Assembly: GCA_902463835.1 (NCBI GenBank)
Contig: CABQGZ010000001.1
Coordinates: 1 to 44,954, forward strand
Length of the DNA stretch: 44,954 nt
From: an uncultured Lachnospiraceae bacterium
GTDB taxonomy: Bacteria > Bacillota > Clostridia > Lachnospirales > Lachnospiraceae
Direction of reading: 5' to 3'
Below the pieces are notes generated by a model, which had not been told where the DNA came from, did no database searches, and saw nothing but the letters and a program-made list of their open reading frames with translations. The position numbers and the translations under genes are program-made. Positions 17,901 to 25,416 of the stretch are shown here, one piece after another. Position 1 is the first letter of the stretch. The number at the start of each line of letters is the position of its first letter.

Positions 17901-18481
17901 TAAAGCCGGTTGTGGACAAGTCCATATTGAAGCAGCTGATAGACAAAGCGACTGCCATGCTTCCGGATGAGGAGCGGTATATGGCGGACAACTGGCCGAA
18001 GCTTACCGCAGCCCTTGAAAAGGGACAGAGCGTATACGAGAATGAGGAAGCCACCCAGGAAGCGGTAAATGCGGCAGCAGACGAGCTTCTGGGGGCGATC
18101 ATGGCACAGCGGTTTAAGGCAAATAAGTCGAATCTGGAAAAGCTGGTGAAGGAAGCGGAAGGCGTTGATACAGCCCGCTACACAGCAGAGACTGTAAAAG
18201 TATTCCAGGCAGCCCTTACAAAGGCAAAAGCAGTATTGGCAGACGAGACATTGTCGGAAAGCGAGCATAAGAGCGTGGACGACGCAGCAAAAGTGCTGGC
18301 GGAAGCGAAGGCTGCATTGCAGGAGAAAGACAACACCGGTGACGGCACAAAGGACGACGGAAAGGATTCACCGAAAACCGGAGACACGGCACCCATGGCA
18401 CTGTGGGGAATGATTGCAATGCTGGCAGTTGCGCTGATTACAGGATTTGAGAAGAAAAAATGGAATAGGAATCTGAGATAA
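11987..18481 (+). CDS. Giant surface protein C (2164 aa): signal peptide, 3 F5/8 type C (CBM32-like) modules, galactose-binding-like jelly roll, He_PIG/cadherin-like Ig, divergent GH29-like TIM-barrel domain, Big_2 domains, CBM6/35-like module, 4 FIVAR-like repeats, SPKTG sortase signal
   Basis: AAGGAAGGGAAG RBS precedes ATG 11987. MNRKWKRMTACALAAVVAATSFGIPGAKKEAEA looks like a signal peptide. 'AVDGDKNTCW', 'AVDGDMDTAWKS' and 'GGNTSRWTPD' are discoidin signatures. 'YTWEIVEGQLPDGLTMDDNGVLDG' is He_PIG-like. The GH29-like region is ~14054-15390 ('KWFEEGK', 'ERHGLRFGVYYA', 'YLFFDGGP'). 'VPGRIEAEDG...NLNWLEFVKV' (17087-17470) is CBM6/35-like. Confidence 0.9.
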   Translation: MNRKWKRMTACALAAVVAATSFGIPGAKKEAEAAYTTGNAPYINTWLVAGPSDTSVTDAIYEDVAAPVERPEDGNWARVAKVSATSSWQNGPYSYPDRTDSPSAKNNVDKAVDGDKNTCWLAQMHDAEGAPESWPKWDPAPTYYLEWKTPIQVKTVEFFDRYDSGWGDRHISEIEEVKVTLKNAKDEVLAEQTVTDINHKGETPGVAAFDTAVQDVSKIELLIVHDGVKDLRNVGLGFSEINVFDGEKTEEPGQGEDPEGTKLEVSSASASTTLSGSSASYAVDGDMDTAWKSDTRQGIVWDDALTLTLDLAEVAQITQIKINGFERDNKQLNVTYTLLDEDGAPIKEVSQSSIVNTDFTATAITKAYNVKTVKAKIRETGGAPNHLGIKEIEVYGIAGKTEAPEEPEEEPAIQISPKLGDTFGDARWEYFDDRIFNRNLDDWQDLYGYYTVKKGISTENKYVYAHTYVYSPKKQTVNLRMVTSGLHKVYVNDKLVHQNDTAVESSNKDQYRQSVTLKEGWNKLLIEVQHTRVHYLGFYARLCDKDGNEVKDLIYSVMGDQEESLQIVTQGLDIDRTAFEERNQEIPSNMYPENELPYGYTQWPYVWNKPIHRTNNWAPQASGFRFQAAGGAPAYTWEIVEGQLPDGLTMDDNGVLDGYCETAGEYPFTLQVTDAEGRTATKTTKIVVKERPNKWFEEGKMSALSHDTGAYAQFYDENFSYDLWAERAKKAGMTLLSTEALQAVYYWPGPGATNANLQHPYTLEEVDGKLQPKDMVKLAKEAAERHGLRFGVYYASEGSNRLPNGHTNNSSGFFANVEDLMKRYDPSYLFFDGGPQGKGNVDAMWSAVRAYNDYALIQANDQNEAGDNDLTILETEYTGKMPYVHGGYWETNMLNQNKYTVEEAWTHPFFQEIGVWAQYAGGNMRDDWRLFAEYIIYSIGHGIVPNYDQMIVNTRGVNWSGIGFAAGSKDEYYYLPLNAQQMIDMRDKVNAWMANEGKPDLHESLFGTMPYYFDTYEKKAGWHENTEKEPFLTAKYGEGPDWGYTVARNQYIYMHMQENTMGAGRAKVGFTGQESMEVGPFTDKVLHVEWLNEGRELGFTTSTRDGKNYITIDTSAVKADPVDTIIKITTDSDKRDFTLTSVKLFGEQTKTTELQLRAEAYLKTYTNVFAPAQLTYTSSNTNVAKVDANGLVTPVGAGKATIQVVAEYEGVQASDTYAVKVDAAGNISVDEELIGVVMRTAGKETFGKFSTNKNLPITFEARTEKGGGVNVLSYDDVTYHYAVCYGQKDGHVAEADGYWKDHEVDNLNGLLKIIEDEVVFNGVIPEEENVAIWADITIDGKTYTTNKNFLRLVRSGVLNENIVPEVSSNEADAAAVTDGILNSADGGNTSRWTPDQRDQNPTMTFELEKEYTVDGVRVFYNNKDRKYLNTPKEIQIEISSDNKEWTTVVEAGGVPSASTIYCYEDEKYTYDVNAKAKYVRVTFPEGAADSVMDILEVQILGVDLAAVLSEIEVTKTPGADGKELALEVTGYTGQGEVLDLTDGTVTITSDNQAVATVNGNTVKAAGQGTAKITVQASLSGFEASQVFYVKVGEDGGLVLTDYLKSIAVSLDSTILDNGAHNKIKADISGKWNTGEAVDLSGAKITCECSSEKLTYNAADGTITVKGTIDTNEMATVRFTVTVDGVALESQNFDLALVASTFNVPGRIEAEDGIIEGERVRGESGDGGTALGYIMEGDVYTYFVNVEEAGVYEVYYRAVAEQMDKRIRFYVNGELQGNMRFTEAGDWTTFTTQKQEDLVQLKNGLNIITLKPQGGGYICNLNWLEFVKVADIEEPVEDPANKYLLQRTYDYAVTLNTDGVAESAKAYFEKTLAEAKAVLENEKATQDQVNAAWDNLLDGIWSLGIYKGEKGALKELIDQAKAMNKDDYEVENWGMLEEALAKAEAVYADEDATQDIVDAAKEELQKAIDAQVLKPVVDKSILKQLIDKATAMLPDEERYMADNWPKLTAALEKGQSVYENEEATQEAVNAAADELLGAIMAQRFKANKSNLEKLVKEAEGVDTARYTAETVKVFQAALTKAKAVLADETLSESEHKSVDDAAKVLAEAKAALQEKDNTGDGTKDDGKDSPKTGDTAPMALWGMIAMLAVALITGFEKKKWNRNLR
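17498..18328 (+). repeat. C-terminal stalk cassette, copy 3 (4 FIVAR-like repeats)
   Basis: PANKYLLQRTYDYAV...FKANKSNLEKLVKEAEG...LAEAKAALQEK. Confidence 0.8.
18368..18481 (+). other. Cell-wall sorting signal: SPKTG motif, hydrophobic segment, basic tail
   Basis: SPKTGDTAPMALWGMIAMLAVALITGFEKKKWNRNLR. Confidence 0.75.
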
Positions 18482-18497
18482 AGGATGTGCAGAATAT

Positions 18498-18523
18498 GAG
18501 GGGCTCTGCATGAACAGCCCCTC
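18498..18523 (+). terminator. Intercistronic hairpin between genes C and D (8-bp GC-rich stem, no U-tract)
   Basis: GAGGGGCT (18498-18505) pairs with AGCCCCTC (18516-18523) around a 10-nt loop that contains the ATG at 18510. Confidence 0.3.
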
Positions 18524-18557
18524 TCCTGTACCTTCCCAGAAATGGAGGAATATAGCT

Positions 18558-21500
18558 TTGAGAAATAAGAAGATGATTGGAAAACGTGTGACATCTGTGC
18601 TATTAGCATCAACAATGCTGATATCCACTTTTGCCGCAGGCAGTTCCCTGCTCAATGTACAGGCCCAGCAGGTAAGCGGAAACGCTCCCTTTGTGAACAC
18701 CTGGCTGGTGTCGGGCCCCTTTGACACATCCGTGGCGGACGGCATCTACGATACGGTGGTGCCGGAGAATCCAAACCTTGCCCAGAAGGCAACGCCCACA
18801 GTATCGTCTGCGACACTTGCCTCCAATCCGGCCAGCTTCCTGATCGATGGCTCGGAGCGGAACCAATGGGTGACGGAGGGCAAGGAGGTTCCCTGTTGGG
18901 CACAGCTGGAGTGGGAGGAACCCATAACGGTAGGATGTATGGGAATTACCCTCTGGGCGGATGGACGCCACAGAAACAAAAATTATGATCTGATCTTCAC
19001 TTATGCAGACGGAAGCGAGAGCGATGCAATCCGGGTAGAGACCACAGTGAGCGATGCAAGCGCTCCCACGTATTACACACCGGCGACTCCGTTGGAAAAT
19101 GTGAAGAGTGTCCGTGTGCTGGTGGATCCGGACTTGAGACCGTATCCATCGATCACCGGTATTGCGGAGATATCTGTGTACCGGTACGCACTGGAGGAGG
19201 AGAGTGCGTCTGTGGCAGCCATTGCTCAGGCGGAGGAAGACGGTGAATACGTCAACCTTGCAGGAAACGCAGCTGTGAGCGCAAGCTCCAGCTGGCAGAC
19301 AGGCGCCCTGGATTATCCGGGCGATTCTCCTTCTGCGGACAAGCTGCCAAAGTTTGCTGTAGACGGAGACCGGAATACAGAGTGGATCTCACAGATGCAC
19401 GACAATTGGATCAACGATTTTGATCCGGCGTATTGGCCCAAGTGGGATCCCAAGCCGACCTTTGTGTTGGAGTGGGACAATCCCATCGAGGTAAAGGAAG
19501 TGGCCTTTTATGACAGACACAATGCGGCATGGCCGGATGGGACATCCAATGTGGCAGAGGTGGATGTTACTCTGTATGATGAAAAAGGCAATGTGCTTCA
19601 GACCCAGAAGGTGACGGAGATCGATCCCTACTCTGTGACTCCTGGAAAAGCAACATTTGACAACGCAGTAAAAAATGTCTCCAAAATCACTCTGGAGATC
19701 ATCCATGACGGGGTCAAGGAATCCAGAAACGTTGGTCTTGGCTTTACCGAGGTGGAGGTGTACGGCCGTGAGGCAGAAGTGCCGGAGGTTCCGGCCGGAA
19801 AGAGCATTACCCCCACATTGGGTCAGAATCTGGAATACGGGGAGGAGCGCGGAGCATGGGAGTACTTTGACGACCGCATCTACAACCGGAATTACGATGA
19901 TTATCAGGATCTGAACGGCTACTATGCAATCAAACAGAACATTGACACGAAAAATAAGTTCGTCTATGCACATACCTATGTGTACAGTGACAAGCAGCAG
20001 ACAGCTCAGGTGCGTGTGGGCGCCAGCGGTTCCTACCGTGTGTACTTCAATGACCGCGCACTGATCAAGCCTACGGTTCCGGCAGAAGTGCAGAAGGACA
20101 TGACCGTAAAGCAGGTGACATTAAAGGAAGGCTGGAATAAGCTGCTGATCCAGATTGAGCACACCTACACGGAGGACGTGAATGGTAACGGCGTTCCCAT
20201 CGCAAAGGACGCCAATGTATCCTACCTTGGATTCTACGGAAGAATCACCGACACCTCCGGGAATGAGATAGAAGGGCTTGTATATTCCACAGAATGCGGT
20301 GATGAGAGCGCACTTGAGATTACAACCAAGGGACTGAAGGATGCAGAGGGATTGCCCCGAAACGTACTTCCCACCGGTTACAAAGAGTGGCCCTATGTAT
20401 GGAATAAATCCACAACCAACAACGCTTACGGTCTGTCTGCTTCCGCATTCCGGTTCCAGGCGGCAGGCGGTGAACCGGGATACACCTGGGAGATCATAGA
20501 TGGCGCCCTTCCGGATAATCTGGAGCTTTTACCGGACGGAACCATCGCGGACGGTCTTGTGAATGGAAAACCGGATTTGAACAGTGACAAGGGAATCATC
20601 CCTGCTACCTGTGAAGAAGGCGATTACACATTCACACTTCGTGTTACAGACAAAGCGGGAAATACCGCAGAGAAGTCCTTTGCGATCACTGTGGAAGAAC
20701 GGCCAAACAAGTGGTTTGAGGAAGGGCGTGTGGGCGCATTAAGTCACTGCATCGCTATCCCAAGAACCTTTGTAGACCCAAATTTCTCTGCTGATTTGTG
20801 GGCAGAGCGCGCCAAGGCCCAGGGACATTCTCTGGTGTCTATCGAGGCATTACAGCAGAACTATTACTGGCCATCCAAATTTGCAGATCCCAAGCATGAC
20901 AGGAATATCTACATGGCGAAAGACGAAAATGGAAATGTGGTGGATCAGCTGAAAATCTTCGAGGAGGCAGCGAAAAGGTATGGCATCCGGTTTGGACTTT
21001 ACTACGCCACCGAGGGAGGCGGACTGCAGCATTACTCCACCGATGTATTTGTTCAGAACGTGGCGGATCTGATTGAACGCTACAGCCCGGATTACCTGTA
21101 TTTTGATGGACCTCAAGCTATGAGAGGAGCCAACTACGATGTGATGTACAGCAATGTCCGCAACTACAGCAACCATATTATCATCAACTCCAACGCCTGG
21201 GGCGAAGAGTTCGGCGATCCCGATCTTGGAACCCATGAGGCCAGCGGTATTTACTCCAATGTGGGGCGGAACCATTTTGTGAAAAAGGTGGTATTTGAGC
21301 CCTGGAAATCGGCACACACCAAGAATAATCCTACCCCCTACTATGCGCGCCGAGACGATTATGCCCAGGTGGCAAAGGAAATGATTATGAACGCGGGCCG
21401 GGGTTACGTGGACAACAATGACCAAATGCCGCTTATGAGCAGAGGAAGTAACTGGGATTCCCCGGAAGATATTGCGACAAGATACCCGAAGTCACTGCAG

Positions 21501-24500
21501 GAATTCATTGATCTGCGTGAAAATGTGGCAGCGTGGTTTGCACCGGAGGGATATTCCGAGCGCCACGAATCCACCACCGGCACAACGCCTTACTTCCTCT
21601 CCGGATATGGATACGAGGATGACGGAAAGGGCAACTATGCCAATTTTGCTTTCCCCAATGCTAACATCGGACCACGGTGGGGATATGCCACCAGCAGAGA
21701 CAACAATCTCTACCTGCACATTATGGAAGGCCCGGACAGCAAGATCGGATTCAGGGCCATCGAGAACAAGGTTTTAACCATTTCACCGGTAGCAGACAAG
21801 GTGACATCTGTTATCTGGCTGAACCGGGATGAGGAGATTGCGTCCTTCACCCAGGAAGGAGACACGCTGACCATTGATCTGAGCGGCGTGGAGGAAGATA
21901 AGGTTGACACCATCATCAAGGTTGTGACAGACAGCCAGGTGCGCAAGTACAAGCTGACCAACCTCTATCTGAAGGGAATTCCCACAGAGGACGGGAAGGT
22001 GCAGCTGGATGTGGAAGGATATATGACATATCCGGCACTGAAAGCAAGTCTGGAAAAGGTTATCTACAGCGTATCCAGCGGCGTCGTGACGGTGGATAAG
22101 AACGGTCTTGTGAGCCCGGTAAGCGACGGAACAGCCGTTGTGACAGTGAGCGGAACTTATGAAGGTACGACCGTGAGCGAGGATATCACCATCAGCGTCA
22201 AGGATGGCGCGGCATTTGTGGATGATGAGATCACCAGTGTGGCGCTGCATGTGGGAGAACGTGAGGTCTACGGTGAGGTTTCCTGCTATGGCATGTATGA
22301 CTTATCCTTAGAGGGACGTTCTGTGGACGGCGGAGCTACCGGTTTAAATGACGCGGAAATCATCTGGCATACCGGAACCGTGGATCTGAAGGGCGGCGAT
22401 AAGTATGTGCCCATTAAGATCACGGAGAACGACACGTTGATCGTCGGAAACGGGAAGCTGATTCCAAAGCCGGTACAGGAGCTGACCCGCGCCGTTGTGT
22501 GGGCGGAGGTAAAGAAGGACGGTACGACATATACTTCCAACAGAGTATATCTGGATCTGCGCCCGGCGGCAAATCTGTCAGGGGAAGCAAAGATCACTGC
22601 AAGCGCCAATGAAGCGTCTGTTGACAAGATAAAGGACGGGCAGATCGTAAATGGAACCACACACGACGATTCCAAATGGACTGCCGAAGGAAGCGGATGG
22701 ATGACCTTTGAGCTGCCCCAGAAGGCGGATATCTCTGAGATTGACATTTACTACAACACCAAAGATCAGAGCTATGTCAACACGCCTGCGACTATTGAGA
22801 TCCAGACCAGCGAGGACGGGGAAGCATGGACGACCCAGACTACTGCAAATGGGCCCAGCGGAAGCGCATGGTTTGGCTTCTACACTCCATACAAAGTAGA
22901 TTTTAACACGAAATATATCAGATTGCAGTTTACAGGAAGAAACGGTGGAGCCTTCGATATTATGGAAGTGATGCTCATGGGTGAGGATATCAGCAGTGCC
23001 TTGTCCCAGCTTGCATTAGATCCAACAGTATCGGAAGACGGAAAGCGCATCACCATCGACATGACAGGCCTGGATCAGCGAGGCGAGGAAGTCAGTCTGG
23101 AGGGTGCCCAGGTTACCGTGATCAGTGAGGATGAATCCGTTGTCAAGGTAAATGAGGACAATACGCTTGCACCGGTGAATCCCGGAAGAACAAGGATCAC
23201 AGTTCAGGTGATGCAGGCAGTGGTTGCCCAGAGACCGGGATATGCCGAGAACAGCTTCTTCGTAACTGTGAACGAAGCAGGAAAACTGGAATTATTGCCT
23301 TACTTAAGCGCAGTGGAGCTGGCTGTTCCTACCAGAACAGTTTCCTACGGCAAACCTCTTGTGGCGGCTCCGGTAATCAAACTCAGCGACGGAACGACTG
23401 TGGCGGCGAAAGACGCAGAGGTGCAGTATGTGATCGGAGACGAGCGCTTAAGACAGGTAGAAGGAACGAACACCCTTCTTCTTGATGAGGATATTGAAAA
23501 TGGATTTGCCACAACGGTAAAGGCAGTGGTAACTTACGACGGTATTACCGTAGAAAGTGAAGAGATAACAGTTACGGCACTTGGTAGGAATCTTGCGGTG
23601 AGCGCATCAAATGTGACAGTATCTTCCGTGAGAGACAGGAATGGTGTGCCGGATGGAAATAATGTGGATGACCGGTATACGGCAAATAAGGCAGTGGATG
23701 GCAATAAGAATACCTGCTGGGCTGCAAAACAGGCGGATAAATCTCCGTGGATCAAACTGGATTTTGACGCGGAGACAGAGATCGGCGGTGTGAACCTGGT
23801 TGACCGGGGACATGCGGTGAATGCCATTGTGGAAGGACTTCTGGAGTTCTTTGATGCAGAGGGACAGCTGATCTACAGCCAGAAAGTAACAGAGCTTGCA
23901 TGGGATGGTCAGCCGGACAACATAATTACCTTAGACCAGCCAGTGAAGGCATATTCCATGAGATTCACCATTGATCCGGAAGTGAAATATCACCAGGCGA
24001 CTTCTGAGCGTGGTCTGGCAGAGATACAGATTTTTGCACCGGAGATTACAGTTGAGAAAACGGTAGTGGAGACGATCGGAGCAGATGTGACAACGCAGGC
24101 AGGTACGGTGCCTGTTCTTCCCAGCGAAGACATTACGGTTGTGTACAACACGGGTGAGAAGGAACTTGTATCAGTAACCTGGAATACCATCGATAAGGCA
24201 GATGTCGCAGTGCCAGGAACCCTGGCAGTAGAAGGTGTGATCACAGGAACCGACATCAAAGTAAGCGCTAAGGTGACCATAACAGAGAATGAATCTCCGG
24301 AAGAACCGTCGAAATTGTTAGGTCTGCTGGAGCAGGTTTATAACAAGGCGAAGGATCTGAGCACAGACGGCGTGGTAGATTCCGCAGTAGCATTCTTCGA
24401 AAAAGCGCTGGCGGAGGCAAAGGATATCCTTGACAACAGACCGGAGGCTAGCGATGAAGAGATCACGGCTGCCATCGAAAAGCTCTTTGACGCGGTACAT

Positions 24501-25145
24501 GGATTAGGCCTTAAGAAGGGCGACAAGACCATGCTGGAGGTTCTGATTACAAAAGCGGAGGAGATGCAGAAGAATCAGGACAAGTATGTGGAGACACACT
24601 GGACACAGTTGGTGGATGCCCTGACAAAAGCCTATGGTGTTATGGAGGACGGAGACGCCATGGATGAGGATATTGTTCCCATGGTGGATGAATTGCTGGA
24701 TGCCATCGTGGCACAGCGGTACAAGGCCAACAAGTCTAATCTGCAGGAGCTGATCAACAAAGCAAGCGGAATTGATACCGCCAAGTATACGCCGGAGAGT
24801 GCAGCAGTATTCCGGGCAGCATTCAAGACAGCCCAGGCAGTGCTGGCAAACGAAGCTTTGACCGAGGACGATCAGGCACAGGTGGATGATGCAGCTAAAA
24901 TGTTGGCACGTGCGATGGACGGCTTGAAGCTGGCCGCGGCTGACGGAGATGACGGCAGCAAGAATGACAGCGACAAGGACGACAGTAACAAGGCAGACGG
25001 CAGCAGTAGCAGCGATGCAGATAAGTCGACGGCACCCAAGACCGGAGACAGCGCACCGATTGCCCTCTGGGGAATGACAGCATTACTGGCATTGTTTACT
25101 GAATTAGCAGCAGCCTGGAATCAGAGAAAAAAACGTCGCGTATAA
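18558..25145 (+). CDS. Giant surface protein D (~2195 aa), paralog of C: signal peptide, several F5/8 type C modules, jelly roll, He_PIG-like Ig, divergent GH29-like TIM barrel, Big_2 and Big_4 Ig domains, 3 FIVAR-like repeats, APKTG sortase signal
   Basis: Uninterrupted ORF 18510..25145. The preferred start is TTG 18558, with GGAGG at 18544-18548 and a 9-nt spacer, giving MRNKKMIGKRVTSVLLASTMLISTFAAGSSLLNVQAQ. Alternative starts are ATG 18573 and ATG 18510 (the latter lies in a hairpin loop). Collinear with protein C: 'NAPFVNTWLVSGPF', 'AVDGDRNTEW', 'YTWEIIDGALPDNL', 'KWFEEGRVGALSH', 'RYGIRFGLYYA', 'YLYFDGPQ' (GH29-like region ~20694-21935). Confidence 0.88.
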   Translation: MRNKKMIGKRVTSVLLASTMLISTFAAGSSLLNVQAQQVSGNAPFVNTWLVSGPFDTSVADGIYDTVVPENPNLAQKATPTVSSATLASNPASFLIDGSERNQWVTEGKEVPCWAQLEWEEPITVGCMGITLWADGRHRNKNYDLIFTYADGSESDAIRVETTVSDASAPTYYTPATPLENVKSVRVLVDPDLRPYPSITGIAEISVYRYALEEESASVAAIAQAEEDGEYVNLAGNAAVSASSSWQTGALDYPGDSPSADKLPKFAVDGDRNTEWISQMHDNWINDFDPAYWPKWDPKPTFVLEWDNPIEVKEVAFYDRHNAAWPDGTSNVAEVDVTLYDEKGNVLQTQKVTEIDPYSVTPGKATFDNAVKNVSKITLEIIHDGVKESRNVGLGFTEVEVYGREAEVPEVPAGKSITPTLGQNLEYGEERGAWEYFDDRIYNRNYDDYQDLNGYYAIKQNIDTKNKFVYAHTYVYSDKQQTAQVRVGASGSYRVYFNDRALIKPTVPAEVQKDMTVKQVTLKEGWNKLLIQIEHTYTEDVNGNGVPIAKDANVSYLGFYGRITDTSGNEIEGLVYSTECGDESALEITTKGLKDAEGLPRNVLPTGYKEWPYVWNKSTTNNAYGLSASAFRFQAAGGEPGYTWEIIDGALPDNLELLPDGTIADGLVNGKPDLNSDKGIIPATCEEGDYTFTLRVTDKAGNTAEKSFAITVEERPNKWFEEGRVGALSHCIAIPRTFVDPNFSADLWAERAKAQGHSLVSIEALQQNYYWPSKFADPKHDRNIYMAKDENGNVVDQLKIFEEAAKRYGIRFGLYYATEGGGLQHYSTDVFVQNVADLIERYSPDYLYFDGPQAMRGANYDVMYSNVRNYSNHIIINSNAWGEEFGDPDLGTHEASGIYSNVGRNHFVKKVVFEPWKSAHTKNNPTPYYARRDDYAQVAKEMIMNAGRGYVDNNDQMPLMSRGSNWDSPEDIATRYPKSLQEFIDLRENVAAWFAPEGYSERHESTTGTTPYFLSGYGYEDDGKGNYANFAFPNANIGPRWGYATSRDNNLYLHIMEGPDSKIGFRAIENKVLTISPVADKVTSVIWLNRDEEIASFTQEGDTLTIDLSGVEEDKVDTIIKVVTDSQVRKYKLTNLYLKGIPTEDGKVQLDVEGYMTYPALKASLEKVIYSVSSGVVTVDKNGLVSPVSDGTAVVTVSGTYEGTTVSEDITISVKDGAAFVDDEITSVALHVGEREVYGEVSCYGMYDLSLEGRSVDGGATGLNDAEIIWHTGTVDLKGGDKYVPIKITENDTLIVGNGKLIPKPVQELTRAVVWAEVKKDGTTYTSNRVYLDLRPAANLSGEAKITASANEASVDKIKDGQIVNGTTHDDSKWTAEGSGWMTFELPQKADISEIDIYYNTKDQSYVNTPATIEIQTSEDGEAWTTQTTANGPSGSAWFGFYTPYKVDFNTKYIRLQFTGRNGGAFDIMEVMLMGEDISSALSQLALDPTVSEDGKRITIDMTGLDQRGEEVSLEGAQVTVISEDESVVKVNEDNTLAPVNPGRTRITVQVMQAVVAQRPGYAENSFFVTVNEAGKLELLPYLSAVELAVPTRTVSYGKPLVAAPVIKLSDGTTVAAKDAEVQYVIGDERLRQVEGTNTLLLDEDIENGFATTVKAVVTYDGITVESEEITVTALGRNLAVSASNVTVSSVRDRNGVPDGNNVDDRYTANKAVDGNKNTCWAAKQADKSPWIKLDFDAETEIGGVNLVDRGHAVNAIVEGLLEFFDAEGQLIYSQKVTELAWDGQPDNIITLDQPVKAYSMRFTIDPEVKYHQATSERGLAEIQIFAPEITVEKTVVETIGADVTTQAGTVPVLPSEDITVVYNTGEKELVSVTWNTIDKADVAVPGTLAVEGVITGTDIKVSAKVTITENESPEEPSKLLGLLEQVYNKAKDLSTDGVVDSAVAFFEKALAEAKDILDNRPEASDEEITAAIEKLFDAVHGLGLKKGDKTMLEVLITKAEEMQKNQDKYVETHWTQLVDALTKAYGVMEDGDAMDEDIVPMVDELLDAIVAQRYKANKSNLQELINKASGIDTAKYTPESAAVFRAAFKTAQAVLANEALTEDDQAQVDDAAKMLARAMDGLKLAAADGDDGSKNDSDKDDSNKADGSSSSDADKSTAPKTGDSAPIALWGMTALLALFTELAAAWNQRKKRRV
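24306..24932 (+). repeat. C-terminal stalk cassette, copy 4 (3 FIVAR-like repeats, more diverged)
   Basis: PSKLLGLLEQVYNKAKDLSTDGV...YKANKSNLQELINKASGIDTAKYT...LARAMDGLKL. It lacks the 'GALKELIDQAKAM...' repeat found in copies 1-3. Confidence 0.7.
25032..25145 (+). other. Cell-wall sorting signal: APKTG motif, hydrophobic segment, basic tail
   Basis: APKTGDSAPIALWGMTALLALFTELAAAWNQRKKRRV. Confidence 0.75.
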
Positions 25146-25174
25146 TGTAAAAGAAGAGCGTATTCTGTAACAAG

Positions 25175-25212
25175 AATCCCCGGTTTCCGAAAAGGGAAGC
25201 CGGGGATTTTGC
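25175..25212 (+). terminator. Rho-independent terminator after gene D
   Basis: 14-bp stem: AATCCCCGGTTTCC (25175-25188) pairs with GGAAGCCGGGGATT (25195-25208), with one G-U pair. A TTTT run follows. Confidence 0.75.
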
Positions 25213-25215
25213 TAA

Positions 25216-25239
25216 GTGCGCCTAGCGGCGCACATTTTC
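25216..25239 (+). terminator. Second, tandem rho-independent terminator
   Basis: GTGCGCC (25216-25222), TAGC loop, GGCGCAC (25227-25233), followed by ATTTTCG. Confidence 0.55.
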
Positions 25240-25263
25240 GTCGCATAAGTGAGTTAGCAAAAG

Positions 25264-25346
25264 ATTTTAGAGATGTCATTTCCACACATTTCAGAGTGAG
25301 TGTTACTTTTTTGAGTTGAAATATAGGTATATGTGCCGGAAAATAT
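25264..25346 (+). promoter_or_regulatory. Putative promoter/operator region upstream of gene E (blocks shared with 5997..6120)
   Basis: ATTTTAGAGA (25264-25273, identical 10-mer), TTTCAGAGT (25289-25297, identical 9-mer), TTACTTTTTTGAGTTGA (25303-25319, 16/17 match), GTATAT (25327-25332) and GTGCCGGAAAATAT (25333-25346). It lies downstream of two terminators, so a new transcription unit must start here. Confidence 0.4.
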
Positions 25347-25416
25347 AAGAACAAAGTGTCTGCGGTAAAAAAGAAGCAGAAGTAAAAAATCATTAAGGAG
25401 AGGAGAACTCAAACAA

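Noticed and set aside
25121-25393. 90-aa minus-strand ORF (and 25393-25632, 79 aa) in the D-E intergenic region
   Set aside because: It spans two + strand terminators and the promoter region. It has low-complexity Phe/Leu-rich sequence, no RBS and no similarity to anything I recognise.
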